28,469 nt of DNA from a virus. Taxonomy: Duplodnaviria > Caudoviricetes. Numbering within the stretch: position 1 is the first letter of the stretch; every line of letters begins with the position of its first letter. Made by a program: the position numbers and the translations under genes. This document shows, piece after piece, positions 8,777 to 17,549 of the stretch. The stretch is from the IMG/VR virus record IMGVR_UViG_3300021082_000082, positions 1 to 28,469 of that record; one strand, written 5' to 3'. The notes under the pieces are model-generated. The model was given only the letters and a program-made list of their open reading frames with translations, searched no databases and was not told the origin of the DNA.

Positions 8777-11194
8777 ATGACTGCGAAGAACCTGGCGTTG
8801 GCGAAGATCACGGGAGCGCTGAGGACGGCGAGCCGTTCGTTCGGGGAAATGATGAAGGATGTCTACAACGTGAAGGACTATGGGGCGAAGGGCGACTTCG
8901 GCACCAATGACACGGCGGCGATCCAGGCTTGCATAGATGCTGCGGGGACGGCTGGGACCGGAGGCGCTGGAATCGGCGGGACGGTGTTCTTTCCTCCGGG
9001 CGGATACATCGTCGGTCCCGCCACGATCGGCGCGGCCTATGGCATCAATATTTCGGGAACGGGCGGGAATTTCTCGGGGCGGATCATAGGGTCCGGCCGC
9101 GGCCCGACTTTCATTCAGGGGAATGTTCCCAATGGATTTACTTTCATGCAAGGCAATGGAGGCGGAGGCAATGGCCCGAGCGAGATAGCGCACATGTCTC
9201 TTACCAATAACAGCCAGATCATAGGCTCGGGCGCGCTGTGCATAGGGAATGGCAGCGCCCACATTCATGACTGCGGTTTTGGCGGCATGATCAATGTCTA
9301 TCTGCCGTTCAACATCTACGACATGGTCATAGAGAGCTGCGGCGGCGGCGCCAACATGGTTGGCTCCCTCGCGGCGGGAGGGTCGGGTTACATTGGGACG
9401 CTCGGGGTCGCCGGGTATGCGCCGCACATCTTTGGCTGGAGAAGCACAACCAATTTCCAAACGTGTTTCCAGTTGTTCGGATCGAATGGCAGCATGCTGA
9501 TCGGGAATGGCATCGAGAATTGTGAAGTCGCGATGATGCTTGGAATGGCGACGGGGTGGGCAAGCCACTGCACCGTGGCGGATGATATCTTGACTGTGGG
9601 TGGAATGATAAACACGGGAGATCCGTATATTGGCGCTGGTGGAATGCACATGTTCATGACCGGCCTCCCGATGAAAGCTTGGGGGGAAGATCCAAATGAT
9701 AATAGTACCGGAACGTCGATTATGACCGACGGAACGCCGTCGATAACGGACGGTACGACTACGCTCTCCGGTTCAACGATGACGGTTAATTCTGTTCCGA
9801 GTGGAGGGTATGGATTGAGGGTTGGGGCGCTTGTCGAGGGGACCGGAGTTATTGCAGGAACGTTGATAACGGCTGTGCCGGGGGGAATTAACAACAACAC
9901 CGGAAATTATACCGTGACGCCGGGAGGTCAGTCGGCTGGCCCAACGACGATAACTTCGACTGATTCGAAGGCGGGAGTTAAACTGACGGGGCTTAGTGTG
10001 AATGGGGTTTTAGGCACTTATCGAATCAGCAACGGCGGCCATTCGATAACGACGCCGGTCCCGATCTGGACACGGTTTGACAGGACCTGGGGCGGCGTCG
10101 TCCAGTCGTTCCAGAATGAAGCTTGTCACTATGGACTGTATTGCAACAGCCTTGGGGGCTCGACCTTCACGGCGATTGGCGGAAATTCGGCCGCGAATGA
10201 AGCGACTGGGCAGTATGGGCAAGTTGGGTGGACCCCTCACAGTGGATTTTATATCAGAAGCGTTGGAGCATCTACATTTTTGAATTGTAGCTCGACCGCC
10301 AATGCCAATAGAGGAGGATGGTATTTTCCCCCGAGCGGAGGTGGCGGTAACTCGACGTTCATTTCCTGCCTGGGGCAGAAGACTGCGGATAATGTCGTAA
10401 CGGCGACCATTAGCAATGGAGCTGGAGGGGCAGGCACGGTTCTCTATGTTACCGGGTTTCCCTCAGGGTCTGGTATCGGCATTGGGCTGACGGTGACGGG
10501 TCCGGGGGTTACGGCGGGGACGAGGATCGTCGGCAGCCAGGCGAGCGAGCCGCCGGTGCCGTGTTCGATCTCGATAGCGTCGCCTGCGGTCGTTACTACC
10601 AGCTCGGCTCATGGGCTCTCGGCGAATGACGCGATCACGTTCGACGTAAGTTCATTGCCGACCGGGCTTTCTTCCGCCACGACCTACTATGTCATCACCT
10701 CCGGAATGACCTCCACCACCTTCAAGGTCAGTGCCTCGGCTGGCCCCGGCGCGGCGGTCAATACCACGGCGGGAACCGCGGGTGGACACAACTATGCGAA
10801 GATCAATGGCTCCAATGGATTGACGGCGTACAACAACGTCGGAACCTATCGAGTCAACATTTCGCAGAGTTCGTCGCCGACGGGCCTCAACTATGGGCCG
10901 GATTGGGTGTTTCCGACGGCGACCGAGCAGTTTGCGGCATTGCAGTTTATAAATTGTGGTTCGGTTAGTCCTACGGTTACGTCGCTTATTTCTTTGGCTG
11001 GAACGTTCAACTCTCTGCCAAAGGAGTCTGGAGCGAGCGGTTTTATACTTCGGCCAGAGGGAGTGGAGTTCAGCATTACGGATGGACAGAAGTCTACGGG
11101 TGGGGCCGCTGCATTCGGTGACATCGTTATTGGTGGCAGCACCGGGCATTACAAGGTGCGCTGGAACGGCACCAACTGGACGAGGTGTGGATAA
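8777..11194 (+). CDS. Tailspike / beta-helix depolymerase-like protein
   Basis: Pectate_lyase_3-type N-terminal motif NVKDYGAKGD...DTAAIQACIDAA...GGTVFFPPGGY, followed by a long Gly/Ser/Thr/Asn-rich beta-solenoid-like body. Confidence 0.75.
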   Translation: MTAKNLALAKITGALRTASRSFGEMMKDVYNVKDYGAKGDFGTNDTAAIQACIDAAGTAGTGGAGIGGTVFFPPGGYIVGPATIGAAYGINISGTGGNFSGRIIGSGRGPTFIQGNVPNGFTFMQGNGGGGNGPSEIAHMSLTNNSQIIGSGALCIGNGSAHIHDCGFGGMINVYLPFNIYDMVIESCGGGANMVGSLAAGGSGYIGTLGVAGYAPHIFGWRSTTNFQTCFQLFGSNGSMLIGNGIENCEVAMMLGMATGWASHCTVADDILTVGGMINTGDPYIGAGGMHMFMTGLPMKAWGEDPNDNSTGTSIMTDGTPSITDGTTTLSGSTMTVNSVPSGGYGLRVGALVEGTGVIAGTLITAVPGGINNNTGNYTVTPGGQSAGPTTITSTDSKAGVKLTGLSVNGVLGTYRISNGGHSITTPVPIWTRFDRTWGGVVQSFQNEACHYGLYCNSLGGSTFTAIGGNSAANEATGQYGQVGWTPHSGFYIRSVGASTFLNCSSTANANRGGWYFPPSGGGGNSTFISCLGQKTADNVVTATISNGAGGAGTVLYVTGFPSGSGIGIGLTVTGPGVTAGTRIVGSQASEPPVPCSISIASPAVVTTSSAHGLSANDAITFDVSSLPTGLSSATTYYVITSGMTSTTFKVSASAGPGAAVNTTAGTAGGHNYAKINGSNGLTAYNNVGTYRVNISQSSSPTGLNYGPDWVFPTATEQFAALQFINCGSVSPTVTSLISLAGTFNSLPKESGASGFILRPEGVEFSITDGQKSTGGAAAFGDIVIGGSTGHYKVRWNGTNWTRCG

Positions 11195-12706
11195 ATGGCA
11201 CTCCTCCCCAAGGTCAAACTCAAGGCGATGCCGAATTTTCCCTCCAAGATCATCGATGGCGCTGGCGTCGATGTCACCAAGATCAACGGTGCCTTCAAGC
11301 TCGATCTGGCGTTCGATGATTTCGCGCCGCCGGTCAGTGGGCTGAGCGACACAGCACATCAAAATGTTCTGGTGTGGAATAACGTCACCAACACCTATGC
11401 ATTGGTGCCGATCAGCCTCGTTGGTGGCGATGGCGGCGGCGGCGGCAGCAGCGGCGGTGGCGGACTCATCATTAGTGACTCGCCACCGCCACTGCCAACC
11501 GATGGTACGCTGTGGTGGGAGAGTGACACCGGCACACTCTATGTGCGCTACAACGACGGCGTTGGCCCAGCGCAATGGGTGCAGGCGGTGGCGGTGCCGG
11601 CCAGCGTAGGAGTTGCTCCGCCGGTCGACGCCGCGCCGTTCGATGCGATGAGCTACAGCGGCATGCAGATCAACGGCAGCATGGAGGTCAGTCAGGAGTT
11701 AGGCACAACAGGAACTGTAATATCCAACGCCAATGTTTGCGATTGTTGGAGATTATACTGGGGCGGCACTATGACGCTTGCGGGCTTTCAGGGCGCTACA
11801 TCGTTCACGCCAGGATTTTCTTATCAGTTATTTATGGTTCCAACTGTGGCCCAGCCATCGCTGGCCGCTGGAGATGCTGCTTTTTTTCACCAAGCCATCG
11901 AGGGTTGGCGAATTGCACGATTGGCCTGGGGTACGGCAAATGCGCGGCCAATTACTATCGCCTTTTGGTCTTGGCACAACAGAATAGGAATACACAGCGT
12001 TGCGGTTCGTAATTCTGCAAGCAACCGTTCTTATGTCGCTACTTATAACCACACAGTAAGTGGAGCAGCACAATACAATGTCATCACTGTTCCCGGCGAT
12101 ACGACAGGTACTTGGTCTACGAACAACACGATAGGCATTGTGATATCTTTTGCGTTGGCTGCGGGGGCTACGCTTACTGCGCCATCTGCGAATACTTGGT
12201 ATGGCGCAAATTATGTGGCCGCTACAGGCCAAGTAAATTCCGTGGCGGCGACAACCGATGTTGTCCGTATCACTGGCGTCGTCGTCCTCCCCGGCACACA
12301 AGCACCAACTGCTGCACAGTCGCCGCTGCTGATGCGGCCGTATGACCAGGAGTTGCTGATATGCAAACGGTACTATCAAAAGAGTTACAATGCTGACGTT
12401 AATCCTGGCACTGCGACCGCGTCTGGCCCGGTTATTAGATCCGTAACGTCAGTAGCAGCTAACCTCTCTTATGGTGGAGTAAATTTCCAGACACCTATGC
12501 GGGCAAATCCTGCAGTAACTGTTTATGGGTACGCTGGAGGGGCAACAAGAGTAAGTGACAACAACGGTGCCGACCTAGTCGCCAACAGCGGTTTAGCGAG
12601 CCTGATCGGCACAACTGGATTTAATCCTTACAACGGGTCGGGCGTTACGGCCAATCCGACCGGCCAAGCTGTGCTATTTCATTACGCCGCAGACGCGAGG
12701 CTCTGA
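11195..12706 (+). CDS. Tail fibre protein (paralogue A)
   Basis: N-terminus paralogous to 3046..4917; GTLWWESDTGTLYVRY module; APFDAM-YSGMQINGSM(E/D)VSQE and RPYDQELLxC.RYY blocks shared with 12771..13991; ends DARL. Confidence 0.75.
   Translation: MALLPKVKLKAMPNFPSKIIDGAGVDVTKINGAFKLDLAFDDFAPPVSGLSDTAHQNVLVWNNVTNTYALVPISLVGGDGGGGGSSGGGGLIISDSPPPLPTDGTLWWESDTGTLYVRYNDGVGPAQWVQAVAVPASVGVAPPVDAAPFDAMSYSGMQINGSMEVSQELGTTGTVISNANVCDCWRLYWGGTMTLAGFQGATSFTPGFSYQLFMVPTVAQPSLAAGDAAFFHQAIEGWRIARLAWGTANARPITIAFWSWHNRIGIHSVAVRNSASNRSYVATYNHTVSGAAQYNVITVPGDTTGTWSTNNTIGIVISFALAAGATLTAPSANTWYGANYVAATGQVNSVAATTDVVRITGVVVLPGTQAPTAAQSPLLMRPYDQELLICKRYYQKSYNADVNPGTATASGPVIRSVTSVAANLSYGGVNFQTPMRANPAVTVYGYAGGATRVSDNNGADLVANSGLASLIGTTGFNPYNGSGVTANPTGQAVLFHYAADARL
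11633..11700 (+). repeat. Conserved block 1 between paralogous fibre genes (copy at 12981-13048)
   Basis: 68-bp direct repeat, 61/68 identical by manual alignment. Confidence 0.85.
12266..12359 (+). repeat. Conserved block 2 between paralogous fibre genes (copy at 13620-13713)
   Basis: 94-bp direct repeat, 89/94 identical; all differences are synonymous third positions. Confidence 0.9.
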
Positions 12707-12708
12707 TC

Positions 12709-12771
12709 ATGGCTGACTATCAACTCACCGCGACCGAAAGCTCCGTCATCCGCACAGACACGAGGCTCTAA
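12709..12771 (+). pseudogene. Truncated remnant of a tail-fibre chaperone gene (MADYQLTATESSVIRTDTRL*)
   Basis: The first ~16 codons nearly copy the start of 13994..14287 (MADYQLTATDSVIRT), then run into a copy of the fibre-gene end (cagacacgaggctctaa vs cagacgcgaggctctga). The TAA overlaps the ATG at 12771. Confidence 0.75.
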
Positions 12772-13991
12772 TGGGCATCAACTTTCCTTCCTCACCCACA
12801 GTCGGCGATCTGTATCCCGTTCCAATAGTTCCTGGCGTGCCGCAATACCAATGGAATGGCACGGCGTGGCTGGCGTCTAGCACAGGAGTCGGTCCATCAC
12901 CTGACGACTCAGTTCGCTACGACACATCGCAGTCGCTCACCGACGCGCAAACGCTTCAGGCGCGGCAGAACATCTACGCTGCGCCGTTCGATGCGATGGC
13001 GTATAGCGGGATGCAGATCAACGGCAGCATGGATGTTAGTCAGGAGTTTGGAACTACCAGCAGATCTACTCCTGGTTACGTCCTAGATGGCTGGCTTTTT
13101 CAGAAAGGTGCTGGAATTACGCCACCTATGAGCAGCGCGCAAGCTGATGCTACTGGTGTGTTTCCTGGGCTATTTCAAAAATGCGTTTATGTGAATAACA
13201 GCTCAACACAAGCGTCAATTCCTGCTGGTGATTATGTATTCATACAACACGTTATTGAGGGTTATCGCATTGCACGGCTTAACTGGGGCACGGTTAACGC
13301 TAAGCCGATTACGATTGGTTTCTGGACCGCTCATGTAGCAGTGGGAACATACTCTATTTCTATTCGCAACGCTTCGCCACCTAGAAGCTACGTTGCCACT
13401 TATACGCAGAATGTTTCCTCAACCCCTGAATATAAGACCATCACCATTCCAGGCGATGTGACTGGAACATGGGCGACGGATAATACACTAGGCATGAATT
13501 TATCTTTTGCGATGGCATCAGGATCAACTCTCACCGTACCATCACCAAACACTTGGCTCGCTGGAGGCTACATAGCTGCGCCAGGGCAGATAAATGGTAT
13601 TGGTAGCGTAAATGTTTTGCGTATCACTGGCGTCGTCGTCCTCCCCGGCACTCAAGCACCAACCGCCGCGCAGTCGCCGCTGCTGATGCGGCCGTATGAT
13701 CAGGAGTTGCTGACGTGTCAGCGGTATTATTATAAAACCACTTGTTCTTCTTCTAATGTTTATCGCTACGGTACAGCAACCGGATTTCCTGCTGATGCTG
13801 GGACAATTTCATTTCCAACAACCATGCGCGCAGCGCCGACGACTTCTGTAGTGACAGCACCCGGTTACACAAACTGTTCTGGAATTACTGTATATGCTGA
13901 TCCTACTGGGGCGGTACTTGGCATAACCGTAACCGCGAATGGGTTCTACCAAGCGAGTGGCGGCACTTACTCGTTCGATGCGAGACTCTGA
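12771..13991 (+). CDS. Tail fibre protein (paralogue B)
   Basis: MGINFPSSPTVGD...YQWNGTAW N-terminus; central domain paralogous to 11195..12706; ends DARL. Confidence 0.75.
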   Translation: MGINFPSSPTVGDLYPVPIVPGVPQYQWNGTAWLASSTGVGPSPDDSVRYDTSQSLTDAQTLQARQNIYAAPFDAMAYSGMQINGSMDVSQEFGTTSRSTPGYVLDGWLFQKGAGITPPMSSAQADATGVFPGLFQKCVYVNNSSTQASIPAGDYVFIQHVIEGYRIARLNWGTVNAKPITIGFWTAHVAVGTYSISIRNASPPRSYVATYTQNVSSTPEYKTITIPGDVTGTWATDNTLGMNLSFAMASGSTLTVPSPNTWLAGGYIAAPGQINGIGSVNVLRITGVVVLPGTQAPTAAQSPLLMRPYDQELLTCQRYYYKTTCSSSNVYRYGTATGFPADAGTISFPTTMRAAPTTSVVTAPGYTNCSGITVYADPTGAVLGITVTANGFYQASGGTYSFDARL

Positions 13992-13993
13992 TC

Positions 13994-14287
13994 ATGGCTG
14001 ATTATCAACTCACCGCAACCGACAGCGTCATCCGCACCGCGGACGGCGCGTGCATCCCAAACGATCCGGCCAACCGTGACTACGCGGAATATTTGGAATG
14101 GGTCGAGGACGGCGGTGTGCCCGATCCCTATGTGCCGCCGCCTGATGTGCCGCCCGAGCCGACCAACGAGCAGACCGTCCTCTACGAGCATGAAAACCGC
14201 ATCCGCGCGCTGGAGGGCCAGCCGCCGCTGTCACCAGGCGATTTCATCGAAGCCAGCCGTCCGGCAGCGCGGCCGCCGCCGTCATGA
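13994..14287 (+). CDS. Putative tail fibre assembly chaperone
   Basis: VIRxADGACIPxDPANRDYxEYLEW motif typical of small proteins that follow fibre genes. Confidence 0.7.
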   Translation: MADYQLTATDSVIRTADGACIPNDPANRDYAEYLEWVEDGGVPDPYVPPPDVPPEPTNEQTVLYEHENRIRALEGQPPLSPGDFIEASRPAARPPPS

Positions 14288-14550
14288 CCGAAACAGTCAA
14301 AGGGTGGATCAAGGAAAACTATTTTCTAGGTGGCCTGTTCGTCGCGTTGTTCACCGTGACGGCATACGTTGTGAAGCTTGAGACACGGGTGGCAACATTG
14401 GAAACACGCGGCTCTAGTCATCTGGAGCAAATCAATACGAGATTGACTGTTACGGAAAAAGAGACACAAACGAACGATCTGCGGCTCAAAAAGATCGTGG
14501 AAATCATGACCCGCGAACTACACATCGCGCCATCCCGGATCCAGCCATGA
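14284..14550 (+). CDS. Putative holin (one TM segment plus coiled coil)
   Basis: Hydrophobic YFLGGLFVALFTVTAYVV; ATGA-coupled to the endolysin gene. Confidence 0.5.
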   Translation: MTETVKGWIKENYFLGGLFVALFTVTAYVVKLETRVATLETRGSSHLEQINTRLTVTEKETQTNDLRLKKIVEIMTRELHIAPSRIQP

Positions 14551-15110
14551 ACGAGGACCTGTCGCTGTCGCGAGCCGGCGCCAACCTGGTCAAGCATTTC
14601 GAGTCATGCCTGCATCCGCGCGGCCCCGATCGCTTCGAATCATATTTGTGTCCCGCAGGAGTTTGGACTTTGGGATGGGGCAGCACTTCAGAGAACGGTA
14701 AAAGAATTAAACAAGGAATGATCTGGACACAGCGGCAATGCGATGCGGCATTCTTAAGCGACATGAAACACTTTGAAGGCGACGTGCGGCGCCTGGTCAA
14801 GGTCGAGCTCACACAATGGCAATTCGATGCGTTAGTTTCATTTTGTTATAATTGCGGGGCCGGTGCGCTGGCCGGCAGCACCCTGTTGAAGCGGGTCAAC
14901 GCCAAAGACTGGGAAAGTGCGGCGCTGGAGTTTCATCGGTGGAATAAGGGCGGCGGCAAAATCCTGGCCGGCCTTGTTCGCCGCCGCGCCAGCGAGAGCT
15001 TGCTGTTTCAAAACATCGCCGACAACAATTATGACGGCAAGCCCGACAAGGTCATCGTGCCGCTGGGCGATGCGATGCCGCAGGATGTCGATGCGCCGAG
15101 GGCGGCCTAA
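14547..15110 (+). CDS. Endolysin, GH24 phage lysozyme
   Basis: VKHFE...YLCPAGVWTLGWG, QFDALVSFCYNCG, STLLKRVN, RWNKGGGKILAGLVRRR motifs. Confidence 0.92.
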   Translation: MNEDLSLSRAGANLVKHFESCLHPRGPDRFESYLCPAGVWTLGWGSTSENGKRIKQGMIWTQRQCDAAFLSDMKHFEGDVRRLVKVELTQWQFDALVSFCYNCGAGALAGSTLLKRVNAKDWESAALEFHRWNKGGGKILAGLVRRRASESLLFQNIADNNYDGKPDKVIVPLGDAMPQDVDAPRAA

Positions 15111-15280
15111 GCAACGGCAAGCAGCGCCCTGTTGAACTCGGCGACAACCTCCCTGGCCTTGACGATAAGATCGCGCTGGCGATCTAGCATTTCCTCCAAG
15201 CGATCCGCTTCGATCTGCTTGGCCCATAGATCGTGTTGAGCTCGTTTCAGTTGCTGCTTTAGGTCCACGGTTATCGACAT
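15107..15280 (-). CDS. Small coiled-coil protein, 57 aa (not in the ORF track)
   Basis: Reads MSITVDLKQQLKRAQHDLWAKQIEADRLEEMLDRQRDLIVKAREVVAEFNRALLAVA*, with SD GGGGAGGGG upstream; its stop overlaps the endolysin stop. Confidence 0.65.
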   Translation of the reverse strand: MSITVDLKQQLKRAQHDLWAKQIEADRLEEMLDRQRDLIVKAREVVAEFNRALLAVA

Positions 15281-15393
15281 CCTTACCCCTCCCCGTTGTT
15301 CTGCAGTCCTATTCCTACAGGGTTTAGAGGAAATATCCTATGGGCAAAAGGAATGACCTCGGTGTAAGGGGTGGGGTCAACACCGAAAATGAT

Positions 15394-15636
15394 TGTTGCC
15401 AGGAATGTTGCCAAAAACGACCTGACCTCGCAAAAAGTGCGGTTTTACTGGGGTTTTGCGATGAATACACACATTAGTCTCAAGGTCAAACGAGGGGATC
15501 GACGCGGCTCATGAATGTCATGGTCATTAAAAAAGCCCCCATAGGACTTGACCTAAGTCAATTTTGATGGGATGTTGGCGGACCAACGCGGATGTTGCCA
15601 GAACGGCAAAAATGTTGCCAGGGCGTTGCCAAAAAC
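15394..15636. other. Putative attP with integrase arm-type repeats
   Basis: TGTTGCCA at 15394, 15406, 15593, 15613 and CGTTGCCA at 15624. The pair tgttgccagg(aat/gc)gttgccaaaaac flanks both sides of a ~175-bp spacer just upstream of an integrase with an arm-binding domain. Confidence 0.65.
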
Positions 15637-15647
15637 AGGGGATTGAA

Positions 15648-15824
15648 ATGCTAACCACTCGTAGAGGTTCTGATCTGAAAATCCACATCCGGCTGGCCCT
15701 TGCTAGCTTGGGGCGTAATGACACCGTCAAGGGCAAGAGTGTCGCGAAACTCGAAACCATGCTCGCCGATCTGCGCCGCGAGCAAATTGACCGCGGCATC
15801 ATCCGTAAAGGGGGCGCACAATGA
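15648..15824 (+). CDS. Hypothetical 58-aa protein coupled to the integrase
   Basis: ATG at 15648 after AGGGG; ATGA overlap with the int start. The 15564 start would lie inside the attP repeats. Confidence 0.5.
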   Translation: MLTTRRGSDLKIHIRLALASLGRNDTVKGKSVAKLETMLADLRREQIDRGIIRKGGAQ

Positions 15825-17068
15825 GCACCAAAGTTGAGATCACCGACAAGCTGGTGAAGACGCTGGTCGAAGGCGGCGAGCCGCGCGACATCATGGATAT
15901 CGTGCAGCCGGGTTTCGGCATTCGGGTCGGCGCCAAGCGCTCGACCTACATCCTGCTGGCCCGCTTCCCCGGTTCGTCAAACCCGACCCGCCGCGGCATT
16001 GCCCAGCTTGGCGCGATCACGCTCAAGGATGCGCGCGCCACTGCGTACCAATGGAAGGAACTGCTGCGCCAGGGCCTCGATCCGGTCGCCGAAAAAATCG
16101 AGAAGGCCGAAGCCGCCGCGGTCAAGCGCAAATACGATAGCGAAACCTTTTCCACCGCGGCAGAAGAGTACATCACGCTGATCCTGTCGCAGCAGAAGAA
16201 CGGCGCCGAGATCGGCCGCTGCATCCGCAGCACGTTCTACCCGACGCTCAAGGATCGCCCCCTCACCAAAATCACCACCAAAGACATCTCCGCTCCGATC
16301 AAAGCCAAGGCGGTTCAGTACCGGGCGCAGGCGTTCAACATCCGCGGCTACGTCTTGCGGATGTTCGAGTGGGCCGAGGCTGACGGTAAAATCCCACAGG
16401 GCACCTCACCATGCCGATCGATCAAGCCGCGCGTGTTGCTCGGCCGGCTTGATCGCCGGATCGGCAGGCAACTCAGCGAGGACGAGCTCCGCAAGATCTG
16501 GATCGCTGCCGACAGGATGGGCTATCCCTACGGCCCACTATTCCGGCTGCTGATCCTGACCGGCGTTCGTCACATGGAGGCGGCCGACGCCTCGTGGCCC
16601 GAATTTGATCTCCGGAAAAAGCTCTGGACGATCCCAGCCAAGCGCATGAAGGGCCGCAAGACCAATGAAGACCACATCGTGCCACTGACGCCGATGATGA
16701 TTGACCTTCTCAACAAACTGCCCAAGCCCGGCAGTGGCGATTACCTGTTCTCAAAAAACGATGGACGCACCCCGACCCACATCAACACCGCGCCCAAGGA
16801 ACAGATGGACAAGCTTGCCCACCTTTATGACTGGCGCAACCACGACCTGCGGACCTCGATGCGCTCATACCTGTCGCCGCTGCCGATCCACTCCAACCAT
16901 ACGGTCGATGTGCGTGAATTGATGATCGCACACAAGATCAAGGGCATTGGCGGTGTCTACGACAAGCACGGCTATCTGGACGAGAAGCGCGCCGGCTTCG
17001 AGCTCTGGGAACAACGCCTCGCCGGCATCGTCGGCAGCACGCCGCCGAAGCTTACCCTGGTCGCCTAG
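15821..17068 (+). CDS. int: Tyrosine integrase, P4-like, with N-terminal arm-binding domain
   Basis: N-terminal D...PGFGIRV...ITLKDAR; catalytic LILTGVR, HDLR, IAH, VY; WTIPAKRMK. Confidence 0.93.
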   Translation: MSTKVEITDKLVKTLVEGGEPRDIMDIVQPGFGIRVGAKRSTYILLARFPGSSNPTRRGIAQLGAITLKDARATAYQWKELLRQGLDPVAEKIEKAEAAAVKRKYDSETFSTAAEEYITLILSQQKNGAEIGRCIRSTFYPTLKDRPLTKITTKDISAPIKAKAVQYRAQAFNIRGYVLRMFEWAEADGKIPQGTSPCRSIKPRVLLGRLDRRIGRQLSEDELRKIWIAADRMGYPYGPLFRLLILTGVRHMEAADASWPEFDLRKKLWTIPAKRMKGRKTNEDHIVPLTPMMIDLLNKLPKPGSGDYLFSKNDGRTPTHINTAPKEQMDKLAHLYDWRNHDLRTSMRSYLSPLPIHSNHTVDVRELMIAHKIKGIGGVYDKHGYLDEKRAGFELWEQRLAGIVGSTPPKLTLVA

Positions 17069-17549
17069 AAGGTCGAGCAAGCCCGATTAACAGGAAAGAC
17101 CAGATAGCGCCGCCGGCCACCTTCGCCGCAAATTGCAGTGCGATGATAGCTGGCAAGAATGCGCCAAAGGCGAGTGTCGGGAATATGATGCTGTCAACGG
17201 CGGCGCCCACCACGTTGCTGCCGTTGGCGCGATAGAGCCAGGGATAGTGCCGCATCAGCGAATAGACCGCCCAATCGGCTAGCGCAGCGCAGAGGAACGC
17301 CACCGCAGAGGCAATAGCGATCTGCGATGCTGCTGGGTTGATGCCCCAGGTGATCGCCCCGCCAACAATGATGACGGCAGCAAGCTGCCAGCTAGCGAGC
17401 CGTTCCTGCATGACATCGCGCAGCGTCAGGTCCAGGCCAATCAGCACGAATGCATTGACCGGCGCTATCCATGGACCGAGCCACCAGACCAGCAAGTTGG
17501 CGGCAACCATGGCGATGATGTAAACGGCTATGAGGCTTAAGCTACGCAT
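17052..17549 (-). CDS. yhhQ: VUT/YhhQ-family queuosine-precursor (preQ0/preQ1) transporter
   Basis: Multi-TM 165 aa with ANLL, LRDVMQ, IAIASAVAFL...LADWAVYS, SNVVGAAVDSIIFPTLAFG and QFAAK motifs of the DUF165/Vut family. Confidence 0.85.
   Translation of the reverse strand: MRSLSLIAVYIIAMVAANLLVWWLGPWIAPVNAFVLIGLDLTLRDVMQERLASWQLAAVIIVGGAITWGINPAASQIAIASAVAFLCAALADWAVYSLMRHYPWLYRANGSNVVGAAVDSIIFPTLAFGAFLPAIIALQFAAKVAGGAIWSFLLIGLARPSRRPG

Noticed and set aside
11633-13713. Diversity-generating retroelement (TR/VR pair) in the fibre genes
   Set aside because: Differences between the repeats are mostly synonymous third-position changes, not adenine-specific; both copies are coding; no reverse transcriptase is in the window.
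11195-14287. Invertase/shufflon tail-fibre switch
   Set aside because: All repeats are direct, both fibre genes are on the same strand, and there is no adjacent invertase.
15394-15636. CRISPR mini-array
   Set aside because: The repeats are 8-25 bp with irregular spacing and no cas genes; integrase arm sites explain them better.
15281-15647. tRNA gene or tRNA fragment at the att site
   Set aside because: No cloverleaf, T-loop GTTCRA or CCA-end pattern could be recognised.
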